This document shows positions 13,024 through 24,215 of a DNA stretch of 64,000 bases, piece by piece. The DNA comes from Mobula hypostoma. Its lineage: Eukaryota. The notes beneath the pieces were generated by a model. That model was not told where the DNA came from, did no database searches, and saw only the letters and a program-made list of their open reading frames with translations. Within the stretch, counting starts at the first letter, position 1. Each line of letters begins with the position of its first letter. The translations under genes and the position numbers were made by a program. Location of the stretch: NCBI RefSeq assembly GCF_963921235.1, contig NC_086108.1:86492001-86556000 (forward strand), written 5' to 3'.

Positions 13024-13893
13024 TGTTATATGCTCAAGGAGATTGGTGATTTTTTTTTGTGAGAATGATGTAATGGTCTTTTGGAGGTCACCTGATGTAA
13101 TTTTCCTGCCGATGTGAGGTCGCGTGATGACATGTGCACCATGGGTATATAAGGGTAGACCCCAGATGACGCAGTTAGTATTTAGTTTATAGATTTCCAG
13201 GTAGAACGTGTTGTGTCTCCATTTCTGTTGCGTGTTTGTTTTTGTGACGCAGTTTCATTTTTGAAACAGTTGTGCATTCTGTTGCAAGATACAATATTGT
13301 TGGACTGGAAGTTTTTGGCTAGATGTGCTGATTTACCCAATTCCAGCAGTAGAAGGGAGAGTGAAGACCTTATCGAAGTACAGGATCGAAGGATTGAGAG
13401 GAGTCGGCATTGTTTGGCAGTTTAACAAAGGATCGACCTTATTGAGTCTTCATTGAAGGAGTAGCTCTTGCCAAAGGAGCAAAGTATTCATGCAAAGGTT
13501 TGCTCTCTCTAAAAGGAAATTAAGGTCAGTTGTTTTAAACTGTATATTTACTGCATCGTGAATCCTTTGGACAGAACCAGCAGGAAAGTCGCATCTATGA
13601 AGACATCCTTTTCCAGAGAAGTCTCTCCCAATTGAACGTATAAATCTGTTGGACTTACGAATTTACCATTTTAAGAACTATATCTGACTTTATCGCTTTA
13701 AGAATTGTTTTAGCATTTAACGCATTAAGAGCCAGTGCCGAGTGACGATTTTTTTTGAACGGCTGCACGACGGTTAACTTCCGGTTAAAGTTTCCGTTTG
13801 TTTTTTTTTATCACTTATCCGTGTTTAATAAATGTTTGGTGGTTTTTATATAACCTGTCTTGATTGATATTCATTGTTGCCGGTAACGTAACA
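13024..13893 (+). mobile_element. 870-bp solo LTR nested in the Gypsy pol
   Basis: TGTTA...TAACA termini; 4-bp TSD CCTG; TATATAA near 13147 and AATAAA near 13827. Removing it restores FVLTCQWGSKNPKLDALS. Confidence 0.88.
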
Positions 13894-13938
13894 CCTGTCA
13901 ATGGGGGTCAAAGAATCCAAAACTGGATGCCTTGTCTC

Positions 13939-14098
13939 GACACAAACACACAAACAAAAAAAAATCTGCAGATGCTGGAAGTCCAAACAACACACACAAA
14001 GTGCTTGAGGGACTCAGCAGGCCAAGCAGCCTCTATTTACTCTTTTCCATAGATGCTGGCTGGCCTGCTGAGTTCCTCCAGCACTTTGTGTGTGTTGT
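13939..14098. mobile_element. Inverted pair of Penelope-like termini
   Basis: ~50-bp inverted arms (~13987-14036 and ~14049-14098); flanked by CTTGTCTC at 13931-13938 and 14099-14106. Confidence 0.75.
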
Positions 14099-15118
14099 CT
14101 TGTCTCATCAGTTCAGTAAGCCCAAAAGAGAGGAGCAGCCTACCACCATTTTGCCCCACTATAACGTGGCAGCGCCTATTCATTGGGGAATCAATGCACT
14201 TGTTCGCAAGGCCCAGGTGCAAAGGGAGGTTACTGAGAACTCTCCTCCAGGTCATCTAACTGTCCCAGATTTGGTCAGGACTAAGGTACTTCAATGGGGA
14301 CACTCATTTAGAATGCCCTCTCACCCAGGGGTTGCCAGGACCTTCAAGTTCTTTAAGAGAAGATGCTGGCGGCCTGGAATAGCTAAAGAGGTCTGACAAT
14401 ACATGCCGGCATGTGAGGTGTGATACCGGAACAAGGAGCCCTGCACCCTACCACAAAGGCTCCTTCACTCTCTATTTGTTAAGGACAGACTAAGGCTGCC
14501 ATCTCCGTGGACATTGTTGTGCATCTTCCACCTTCCAAGGGGAAGGCTATCATCTTGATAATAGTTGATCATTTTTTGAAAGCCTGCAAATTCATTGTGC
14601 TGGACAAACAACCTTCAGAGGCAGAGACGGCTGAGATTGCCCTGCATCAAGTCTTCAGGATCCATGGATTTCCAGCGGACATTGTGTCAGATTGGGGTCC
14701 GCAGTACGCGTCATGTTTTTGGAGGGTATCCTGTATGCCGATCAGAGCTACAGTGGGCTAGACAGAGTGGGTGAACCAGGATATGGAGTGAACCCTGAGA
14801 TGCCTGGCTTCAGACAAGTGGTGAGACTATTCTGTACACAGAATGTCCCCCATTTGTATGTCAGTTTGGGTATTCTCCAGCACTGTTCTTTGAGCAGGAA
14901 GCTGAGGTTGGGGTTCCTGTGCTTGAAGTTCTCATCCGACGCTGCAAGGAAAAATGTACTGGGGCATGGGAGATTTTGTTGGCCTCTATCCGGAAGACTG
15001 AAATGAAGGCTAACCACAAGAGAAGATAGGGACCAACTTTGCAGCCCGGGCAACAGGTCTGGCTATCTATTCAGGACTTGCCACTCTGGGTGCAGTCTAG
15101 GAAATTGGTGCCCAAGTT

Positions 15119-16264
15119 CAGGGGTCCCCAACCGTTTTTGCAGTGCGGACCGGTTTCATGTTTACAATATTCTTGCGGACCGGCGGACCGGCCGACCGAG
15201 GGGGTGGGGGCGGGATGGTTGCCAACGGACAAGAATAGCAGTCAAATACGTTGCGTTCACCCAGAGAAAGACTACAATGACCATGAAGCCTTGCGCGGGC
15301 ACCAGTGCGCATGCGCGCTCGTGTCGATTATTTTTCTACAAATCGTTTTTGGCGATTTTGTTCAGGGGGGGAGTGTTAATCACGACCGGAATATCGGTGA
15401 TAAGTGGCTAATACACTCAATTTCGTTTCTAAAATGCTTTATCTAACGAATTTAATATTAAACACACAGCGCATTTTCCTCGCATGAATATAGCGATAAG
15501 TCAATTATCAGGGGAGGAGAGGGGAGCTTGAAGTAAGGATTGAACAAACTTCCAGTAGAAGTGTCAGAAGCAGGTTCGATATTATCATTTAAAGTTAAAT
15601 TGAATAGGTATATGGACAGGAAAGTAATGGATAGTTATGGGCTGAGTGCAGGTCGGTGGGACAAGGTGAGAGTAGCGTTTGGCACGGACTAGAAGGGCAG
15701 AGATCGCCTGTTTCCGTGCTGTAATTGTTATATGGTTATATAAGTCAATAGCATCATAACATTTTAAGTAACGTTTGGATATTAAACACAGTGCATATTT
15801 TTCCCGTATGAACTTATAAAATCATTGCAACGCACCAATATCGCTGAATCAGTGGGAGCCCTGGGCTTGCTTTCCTGCAACAAGACGGTCCTATCGAGGG
15901 GTGATGGGGGACAGTGATACTCGAACGGGGTTCCTTATGTCCAGTCTAATCCGCAATTTAGTCTTTGTTACATTCATCACAGAGATATGTTGGAAATGGA
16001 AGCAACGTTTTCGGTGCTTCCGTGGCTATCTCAGGATATTGAGCCTTGACTTTGATCCAGAATGCCGGCAGAGATGTTATGTCAAACAGACTTTTCAGCC
16101 CGCCGTCATTTGCAAGCTCAAAGAGTTGATCTCCTTCCCGTGCTGACATGGATGACGCACGGGTAATGGCTCAACAGTGCGTGACAGGGAATGAGGAAAG
16201 GTGCAGCTAACTCATATCGCAAAATCATATCGTTTCCTCACGGCCCGGTGGTTGGGGACCGCTG
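15119..16264 (-). mobile_element. Non-autonomous hAT DNA transposon (Charlie/Buster-like)
   Basis: 15-bp terminal inverted repeats (TIRs) CAGGGGTCCCCAACC / GGTTGGGGACCGCTG (1 mismatch); perfect 8-bp TSD CCCAAGTT; minus-strand transposase C-terminal remnant FWIKVKAQYPEIA..LLPFPTYLC...KQAQGSH. Confidence 0.92.
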
Positions 16265-16630
16265 CCCAAGTTCATTGGATCCTTTAAGGTTCTCAAGAAT
16301 GTAAACCTAGTGGCTTACGCCTTGCAGATCCTCAAGATCAATCCCACTTTCTACATTTCCAAATTAAAACCTTTAGCTTCTCCACCATCCGGGTCTGCTG
16401 CCACCCTCGTTTGTCGATGGGGAACAAGTCTTCACCATAAAAAGAATTAGCGATTCATGAACTGTTCGGGATGTTCAGCAGTTCTTCATGGATTGGGAAG
16501 GATTCAGAACCGAGGAACTGTGCTGGGTTCTGGAAGGGGATACCTTGGATCTGGCACTCATCCTTGGCTACCATCATCATCTCTCCAAGTAGCCAAAACC
16601 GTCAGGAGTTGGCTATAGGTTAGGGCCTCC

Positions 16631-16942
16631 AGTTATGATATGCACAGGACCTCACCAGCTTCCAGGGTTTAGATATTCTGAAATATGGATAGCTGGTGTG
16701 GCTCCTTTAAAGATTCAGGCCTGCCCTGCTAATTGGTGTCCATATTTTGGCACTAGGATTTTAATGTTTAAATAGCACCTGAACTGAGGTTTGGTGCTCA
16801 ATCATCAGCTCTACTGTGGATTCTCGTCTGATGTCTAGTTTAGAAACCTGTCCTTATCTCAGTCTCATATCATGTCTTGATTCTAGTCTCAGATACTCAA
16901 GCACTTGGCTCCTTACAATCCTTGACTTGGTCTCTTGTGACA
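16631..16942 (+). repeat. 3' LTR of the Gypsy element
   Basis: Colinear with 9171-9485; ends GTGACA followed by TSD CTCCC; 5' TG decayed. Confidence 0.85.
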
Positions 16943-17170
16943 CTCCCACTTAACGAGCACACCTTTGCCAGAAAACAGCCTGTCCCAATCCACACTTGCC
17001 TGATGCTTTCTGATACCATCAAAATTGGCCTTACTCCAATTTAGAACCTCAATACACAAAGCAGACCTTTCTTTTTGACTATGTATTTTGAAACTAATGG
17101 CATTGTGATCACTGGGTGAAAAGTGTTCCCCTACACAAACATCTGTCGCCTACCCTGTCTCATTCCCTAA

Positions 17171-17855
17171 GGTGGGAGAAGAAGATGGCAGCGCGACGCA
17201 GCGCGCGTGGCCTCTCCGGTGAAATGATATCGTATTTGTTAAATAGGGGGTCGTGCGCAATTCTGATTTGATGGAGACAGATGTGAGAGGCGCAGAGGAA
17301 CATCTGGAGAAAATTCTGAAATGCCCGGTTCGCTGCCGCTGCTACTGTGCAATTGCGAATCTCCAGAGGGTAGGCCCCAAATCCTCGGCTTTGCCTGTTG
17401 CTGGTGGCCAGGGATGGGGTCGAAGTGCTCGGCAGAGATGGTGCTCGGTGCTCGGTGTCGGAGGGCTGGTCGAAAGCCCGAAGTTTTCGGACGACTCGGA
17501 GTAGGACTGTGGTCGGGTGCTTCCAGGATGCTGCATCAGCAATTTTGCGGTGCTGGAAGCATGGCAGGGAGAGTTTTCTTCCTTCTCCCGTCTACGTGAG
17601 ATCATGGGACTTTCGAGAGACTCTGAACTTTTTTTTTTACCGTGCCCATGGCCTGTTCTTCATCAAGTTACAGTATTGCTTGCACGGTTGTAACTATACA
17701 TTATAATTATGTGGTTTTTGTCAGCTTTTCAGTCGTGGTCTGTCTTGTGTTTCTGTGATATCACACCGGAGGAACATTGTATTATTTCTTAATGCATGCA
17801 TTACTAGATGACAATAAAAGAGGACTGCATGTCCTCATAATCTAATAATCTAATC
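17171..17855 (+). mobile_element. CpG-rich non-autonomous retroposon with (TAATC)n tail
   Basis: Starts GGTGGGAGAAGAAGATGGCAGCGCGACG; ends GACAATAAAAG...TAATCTAATAATCTAATC; interrupts the CR1; no recognisable coding capacity. Confidence 0.7.
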
Positions 17856-17939
17856 TAATAGCAGATCAAGGATTTCACAATCTTTTGTTGGATTTCCATG
17901 TATTGATTTGGAAAACTTTTCTGATCACATTTGGCAAAC

Positions 17940-19043
17940 TGTCATGGTCCGGTCCATGACGTCCACATTCCGGTTCATAGTTTGGTCCATCGTTCCTTAT
18001 TCCAGGTTTTCCAGTTTTCCCTTGTCCGGTTGTGTGCCTAAATTGAAGCACATGATTCTCATTTTGGGCTGGCTACATGAACAGCTCCTTGGTTCAGGTT
18101 CAGTTACTGGACTGTTCCCTCCTCTTCCTCTTCCTTTTGAAGCCTCGCCTGCTACCTTTTGCCAGATGCCTTGCCTGTGTCCTCGCCTATTCTCGCTGTC
18201 ATGTTCTACCACTGGAGCAAGACTGGAGCCTTGCTGTGTCTAGATAAGGAACTTTCTTTCATTGTTTGAAATTGTCTCTATGTCCACACTTTCGCTAGGT
18301 AGGTCTGGCTGTTTGTTGCTACCTTGTGTTGAGAACTGTCTCTGTGCCCACACCTTCACTAGATAGGTCCAGCCATTTGCCGCTCCCTTGCGGTGGGAAC
18401 CATCTCGTCATGTTCAGCATTCTGTGTATGAGTCCCGGTTCTACATCCTGTTCCCAAGGAGGGGTCCCAGCTCTGTGTTCTGTGTATGAGTCCCGGTCCT
18501 ACATCCTGTTCCCAAGGAGGGGTCCCGGCTCTGTGTTCCATGTTCCTGTTTCACAAGACCAAGGCTCTGTGTTCTGCGTTCCTGTTCTCCCTTGGCCAAG
18601 GCTCTGCATTTCTGTTCTCCCTCGAACAAGTCAAGGCTTCGTGTTCTTGTCCTCTCCATGTGCCTCGCCCAGCCCGGTGCTGGGGTTCCCTCATCCTGTC
18701 CAGGAGTCTCATGTCCAGTCCTGTTGCCACTCCTCATCCTGTAGCCACATCCTGTCCTCACCTAGATCTGGGGTCCGAGCCTGAGTCAAGGCCCAGGTTC
18801 CGGGTCCCTGTCCAGTCTCTGGCTCAGAGTCCTTGTCCAGGTTCCAAGTTCCTAGTTCCTCGTCTAAGTCCCGCTTTCCTAGTCTAGTCCAAGCCCAGGC
18901 TCTGTATCCTAGCCTCGTCCAGGGCCTGTCCAGCATCATTTCTTTCCCACTTCCCTTGCTTTCTTGTCACACCTAGTCCTGTTCCTAGTACTTCAGTGTC
19001 TGTGTCTTGCACTTGGGTCTGCTACTAGAGCCCCCATATGACA
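17940..19043 (+). mobile_element. 1104-bp solo LTR (same family as 29185-47029)
   Basis: TGTCAT...ATGACA inverted termini; perfect 5-bp TSD CAAAC; internal 58-bp tandem duplication at 18421-18536. Confidence 0.92.
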
Positions 19044-22000
19044 CAAACTCTATCCTATCGAATCCTTTAACAGATTGGGTATCCCAGTCAATATATGGAA
19101 AGTTAAAATTACCTACCAGAACCTTATTTTTCTTGTACCAGTCTGTGTCTTCTCTAAAGATTTAATACTCTAAATGTTTTTGATTGCTGGGTGGTGTGTA
19201 ATTGTTATTTTGCGTGATTTTGATTAAGGCGGCCTGCAGTTAACAAATGACACAAAGCTAGTTTGAAATGAACTGAGCTGAACTGAATATGCCTGAACTA
19301 TTTTAATGACTTCATGGCTTGGCGCTTTATACTCTGTGTTTTTCACTCTTTTTATTTGCCATTTGCACTATTTGTTTTTTGCTCTTTGGAAGTTTGATGT
19401 CTTTCTCTGAACTGTTTCCATGGGTTTTGTTGTTTCATGGCTGTCTGTGGAAACATAAATTTCAGAGTTGTGTACTGCAGACACGCTTTGATAGCAAATG
19501 GACTTCGAACCTTGAATCTTTAAATCTTTCTTATCTGCATCGAAATAAATAAAGGAGCTGGAGATATAAATAAAATAATATAATTTTAAGTGCACAAGAC
19601 AAGTAAATAATTCTTATTTCCATAGACATGCTTGTATTATCTCTAAGTATTTATATATTTAAATAAATCTGTTAATTAAATATTGAAATATTATTACATA
19701 ATATAAATCTTGATATACAGTATGTTATTTATACCGTGTACATGCATTAAGGATGCATGACAGTGTTCAGGCATGGGTGTCTGTGTACAAGGAATGGTGT
19801 ATGTGCTAGTATTAGCTCTAAGTATACTGTCCGCAGAAGTAGAAGGTTAGAGAAAGGTGAAGGAGTTGAATAAAAATGTAAAATGAGCCCACTTACTACA
19901 GGAAGTAACTAAAGGAACTAATTTATTTTTTATCAAATTTATTGTTCCCATCATAGTCCTGCAGGCACCTGCCATATAGGCAGTGAAACCCCATTCATTT
20001 ATTGATAGCATGAAACTTTTGCTGTATTATAAAGTCAAATGTTTCAGAAGAATCAGGAGAAAGCAATAGTTAAACAGCATTACATACGAGGAAAGATGAT
20101 AAATACGTACCTGTATTCTGTACCTCAGGGAGATGAGAGGCTTTGCACAGGAGAATGTGGCAGTACATTGATAGGGTTATGACTTCAGTGGTTGGGGGAT
20201 TATGTATTTCAAGCTGTGGCAGTATATTTGAGGATTTGTGCCTGTGAAGCAGATGTGCGGAAATTACTCCAGCACATCCAATTCATACACTGGTATTGAC
20301 AAATGCAGAGAAAAAGTACTTCTTAATTAAGTGATTTGTTTTTCTTACACTAAAGCCAGAAAAGAAATTGGAAGGCATGAAGCATCTTTTAGAGATAAGT
20401 AACTGTTCATCATGGTACTTCTCTTTTAGAGTAAACAAAATAGTTTTCTCTGCATACATCAAGATCCACTGTTTGTGGTTGGTTTCTCTTATGCTGTCAG
20501 CCATTCACTGAAAATGGATTATGTTGCTGTTAATTCCAAGACAATTACAAATAACTCCATTGAAAATAGGGACTCGTGTTGAATCTTCTGTTTATAACAA
20601 TAAAGCTCGTCACATAATTTAGCTTTGTGTGTTAATATGATGTCAAGGTGATGCAGTCAAAAGCAATTATCCTGGTCAGTCATTTACATTCCAAGAGTGA
20701 TGAGCATCTTCTACACATAATGTAGACTATTCTGCTGTTCTGCACTTTACCACTGTAATTTATAATTAAAACATGGTTTATAAGACAATAACAAGGTCAT
20801 TTAAATAATGTGATGATTCTGTCAAATGCCTCATTACAAATGATCAGCTCCAAGAAAAGGTATTTTCTCGGAGTGAAAGCTATCATCAAAAGAGGAATGT
20901 TTGTTCAAACAAGTACAGCACAAAATTATGGCAGGAAGGAATGAGAGACGATAGATTGCAACTGGTGGAGACAGATGACCCTTGAATGATCTGAAAAGAA
21001 GCTGCAGCAACAAAATAGTAAAGGTCAAAAAGAATATGACAAACTGATATAGAAATGCCCTGTATTGGCCCTCACAGGAGAAGACAATGAAAGCATTCCA
21101 AAGTTAATAGGCTAGCAAGGAATTAAAGAGAATGGAAAGAGAACATTGCCAAATTAATGGGATTAAGAACTGATCTGATAATCCTCATTCATGGAATTTA
21201 AAAGAAGTGGCTTCAGGAGATCAAATAGGGAAAAAAGAAACCTGGAATGCATGTAAGTGAGACACCAGGGCAAAAAAGAGAATGGGCCAGGCTATGACAG
21301 AAAGCAAGTGCGACAGAGAGCAATATCATAGGCAGAGAATGTTACGGACATTGGAGAAAACTAGGATATGGGAGAGTGATGGGGATGAAGTGAACAGTGA
21401 ATGATGAATTTAACAAATAAACATATAAAATGAAGGACAGAGAGAATGAAAAATTATATCAGAAAAGAATGATTATGGAAATAATGGATATCAGCAGGGG
21501 AGTGGGAGGAACTGTGGGAGTGAGAGAAATAGTAATGGCAATGTAAGATAGTTAAGAGAAAATTCATGAAAATTTTGAGACCGAGAGAGGCAAAAATCCA
21601 CAAAGGAAACAAAAGAAGGACAGAGCAAGTACAGATGATAAAGAGGAATTATTGCTATTTGATTGCATGGAGAATGAACATTCCTCCATTGCACTATTGA
21701 GCAGCAAACATTTAAGAAAAAATACTTTGCATTAGCAGAATGTCCACATTTTTAACTGTAATTATCAATTGCATTTTGATAAATCAGATAAGAACAATGA
21801 AATTGTTTCCCTCCAGTTATATCATAGTTTGCAGTATGGGTAAAATATATGCTCTAAGAAAAAGTGCTATATATCCTGCTGTGCTTTTCTTATTAAATCA
21901 AAGAGAAAAGTACATTCCTGTCTTGTGCTGATTGGTACACTACTTCAAGACTGCAGGAACCACAGAAAATTCTTATTACAGTAAAAAAAAAGTGCATGTC

Positions 22001-23074
22001 TTTAATCAAGCAATTCATGTCAAGTTCACCACTTCAATGCATGTCAAATTGAAATTGTAAATCATAATTTTATTCCTGAATCAGGTAAAATAGTTCAGGT
22101 TATTAAAATAAAAATCTTGCTGTTGGTTGTTAATTATAAATAAAAACGGTAAGTTTTTTTAGCATTGTCACATTTGTCTTGGTATGTTTTAAATCAAATA
22201 TGTAAAGGTTACATTTATGACTATATTTACAAGATACGAAATCTATTGCTTTGCTTTCAACAGTTGGAGTGCTTTCAAATTTATAGACATTCAGAAACAA
22301 TATAATTTCTATATAATCCAATTAACATTAAATCAGGAGAATAAATTACAATGGGAGATGGAAAAGACCTGTAAAAAGGACACTGTTTTGAGGGTTAAGG
22401 GAGATTTAATTATGTTTGTAGATTGGGAAAATAAACTTAGTGCTGGATCCCAAGAGAAAGAATTTGTAGGAGGTATACAAGCAACTATATAGGGCAGTGT
22501 GTGGTTGAGCCCAATGGGCAAAAGGCAATTCTGGATTGGGTGTTGTGTAATGAATTAGATTTGATTAGGGAGCTTAAGGTAAAGGAACCCTTAGGAAACA
22601 GTGATCATAATATTATAGAATTCACCCAGCAGTTTGAGAGGGAGAAGCTAAGGTTAGATATATTGGTATAGCAGTTGAGTAAAGAGGCATGAGAGAGGAG
22701 ATGACCAAAGTTGATTGGAAGGTGACACAAGTAGGATTTGCAGTAGAGCACCAATGGCTGGAGTTTCTGGCAGTCTTTTGGAAGATTCAGGATTGGTGCA
22801 TCCTAAAGAAGAAACATTCTAAGGGGAGAATGAGACAACCGTAGCTGGCAAAGGAAGTCAAAGGCAGCATAATAGTTGGCAGCTAGGGGATTGAGATGTT
22901 AAAAAAAAACACCAGAAAGCAACTAAAAAAAGCAATAAACAAATAAAATGAGATATCAAGCTAAGAAAACCAATAACATAAGAGGATACCAAGAGATTTC
23001 TCAGGTATGAAGTATAAGGAGTAAAAGAGAGGCAAGAGTGGACAACGGATCACTGAAAAAATGATGTTGGAGCA

Positions 23075-23770
23075 GTTCAAAGTTCAAATTAAATTTATTA
23101 TCAAAGTATGTATACCATATACAACCCAGAGATTCATCTTCTTGTAGGCAGCCACAGAACAAACAAAATAGAATGCATGAAAAACCACACACAGCAAAGA
23201 CCAACCAATGTGTGAAAAAAGAACAAATCATGCAAACAATAAAAAAGTAATCAAATAATACTTAGAACATGAACTGCAGAGTCCTCAGAATTGAGTCCAC
23301 AGCTACAGAGTTAGTTTAGCACTGCGGTGAGATTCAGCTGGTCCAGGAGTCAGATAGCTGCAGGGCAACAACTTCTCCCAAACCTGGAGACTCCCGACTC
23401 CTGCATAACCAACCCAATTGTAGCTGTGAGAAGTGAGGTCAAACTCAGGCAGGCTGGATAGGCTCAGATGGGAGATCTTGGCTGATATGGAGAGGTGAGC
23501 TGAACACTGATTCATTTTCCACTATCGGGCTTTGACGTTTTAATCTGGCCGGGTCCACCCCAGCAATGACCAATGTGGTGATGGCTGTAACTATATTCTC
23601 AAGAGTCCCGTTCACCGAAGCTTTCAGGAGATCGCAAAGGTGCCAGATCATTTAGATGGCTCAAAAGTACATTAAATAAAGGAAAATTGCAGGATGCACA
23701 CAGTCCAGAAAAAATATATTTAGTAGAATAGCTAATAGCTTTGTGAGCAGCCCGTGGAATGTCATCATAT
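23075..23770 (-). mobile_element. Non-autonomous retroposon with Rex1/Babar-like tail, nested in CR1
   Basis: Left end GTTCAAAGTTCAAA..TTTATTATCAAA is the reverse complement of the tail at 7460-7493; the right boundary is uncertain. Confidence 0.5.
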
Positions 23771-23904
23771 ATGATGTTAAAAAAACAACAGAAAGTAACT
23801 AAAAAAGCAATAAGCAAATAAAATGAGATATCAAGCTAAGAAAACCAATAACATAAGAGGATACCAAGAGATTTTTTTCAGATATGAAGTATAAAGAGTA
23901 TAAG

Positions 23905-24215
23905 CTGTTTGGGAACAGTTTCTTTCCAACTGTGATAAGACTGCTGAACAGATCCTGACCCAGATCTGGGCCGTACCCTCCAAATATCCGGACCTGCCTC
24001 TCGCTTTTTTTGCACTGCCTTACTTCCTATTTTTCTATTTTCTATTTATGATTCATAATTTAAATTTTTAATATTTACTAATTTTAATTATTTTTAATAT
24101 TTAGTATTTGTAATCCAAAGAGTGTGAAGCGCAGAATCAAATATTGCTGTGATGATTGTACGTTCTAGTACCAATTGTTTGGCGACAATGAAGTATTAAG
24201 TATATAAGTATATAT
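23905..24215 (+). mobile_element. Rex1/Babar-type LINE 3' end
   Basis: FGNSFFPTVIRLLN remnant followed by an AT-rich 3' UTR and an AAGTAT-type tail. Confidence 0.65.

Larger units (their letters stand above)
9500..16590 (+). pseudogene. Disrupted gag-pol of the Gypsy element
   Basis: Gag (YAIEFRTL..CGWN, GLRDELKDAL), CCHC knuckle remnant (GHLRAECP), protease AFVDSGAAGNFLD, RT PYDCAIDLLPG and YFDDILIFS, RNase H EIDASE / IGNRELL / VWTDHKNL, integrase HPG / IVSDWGPQY, chromodomain FFMDWEGF..EELCWV. Many stops and frameshifts. Confidence 0.9.
9171..16942 (+). mobile_element. Decayed full-length Gypsy LTR retrotransposon of the chromovirus Tf1/sushi type
   Basis: Two ~315-bp LTRs; TSD CTTCC/CTCCC; domain order gag-PR-RT-RNaseH-IN-chromodomain. 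Confidence 0.92.
16943..19200 (-). mobile_element. Continuation of the CR1 LINE (endonuclease region), split by insertions at 17171-17855 and 17940-19043
   Basis: CR1 sequence reads through both insertion junctions; TATCCCAGTCAATATATGGAAAGTTAAAATTACC is the minus-strand GNFNFPYIDW motif. Confidence 0.75.

Noticed and set aside
15840..16149. Host ZBED/Buster-derived gene exon
   Set aside because: It lies inside a TIR- and TSD-bounded non-autonomous element and is frameshifted.
9500..16590. Domesticated sushi-derived gene (PEG10/RTL-like)
   Set aside because: It retains LTRs and a TSD and is full of stops, frameshifts and insertions.
20111..20240. Possible minus-strand exon (TTCACAG...CAG|GTACGT) with one open frame
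   Set aside because: The peptide HKSSNILPQLEIH... is not recognisable and I found no partner exons; expression data would be needed.
21200..21660. Purine-rich stretch
   Set aside because: No periodicity, ORF or family identity could be supported; probably an ancient eroded repeat.
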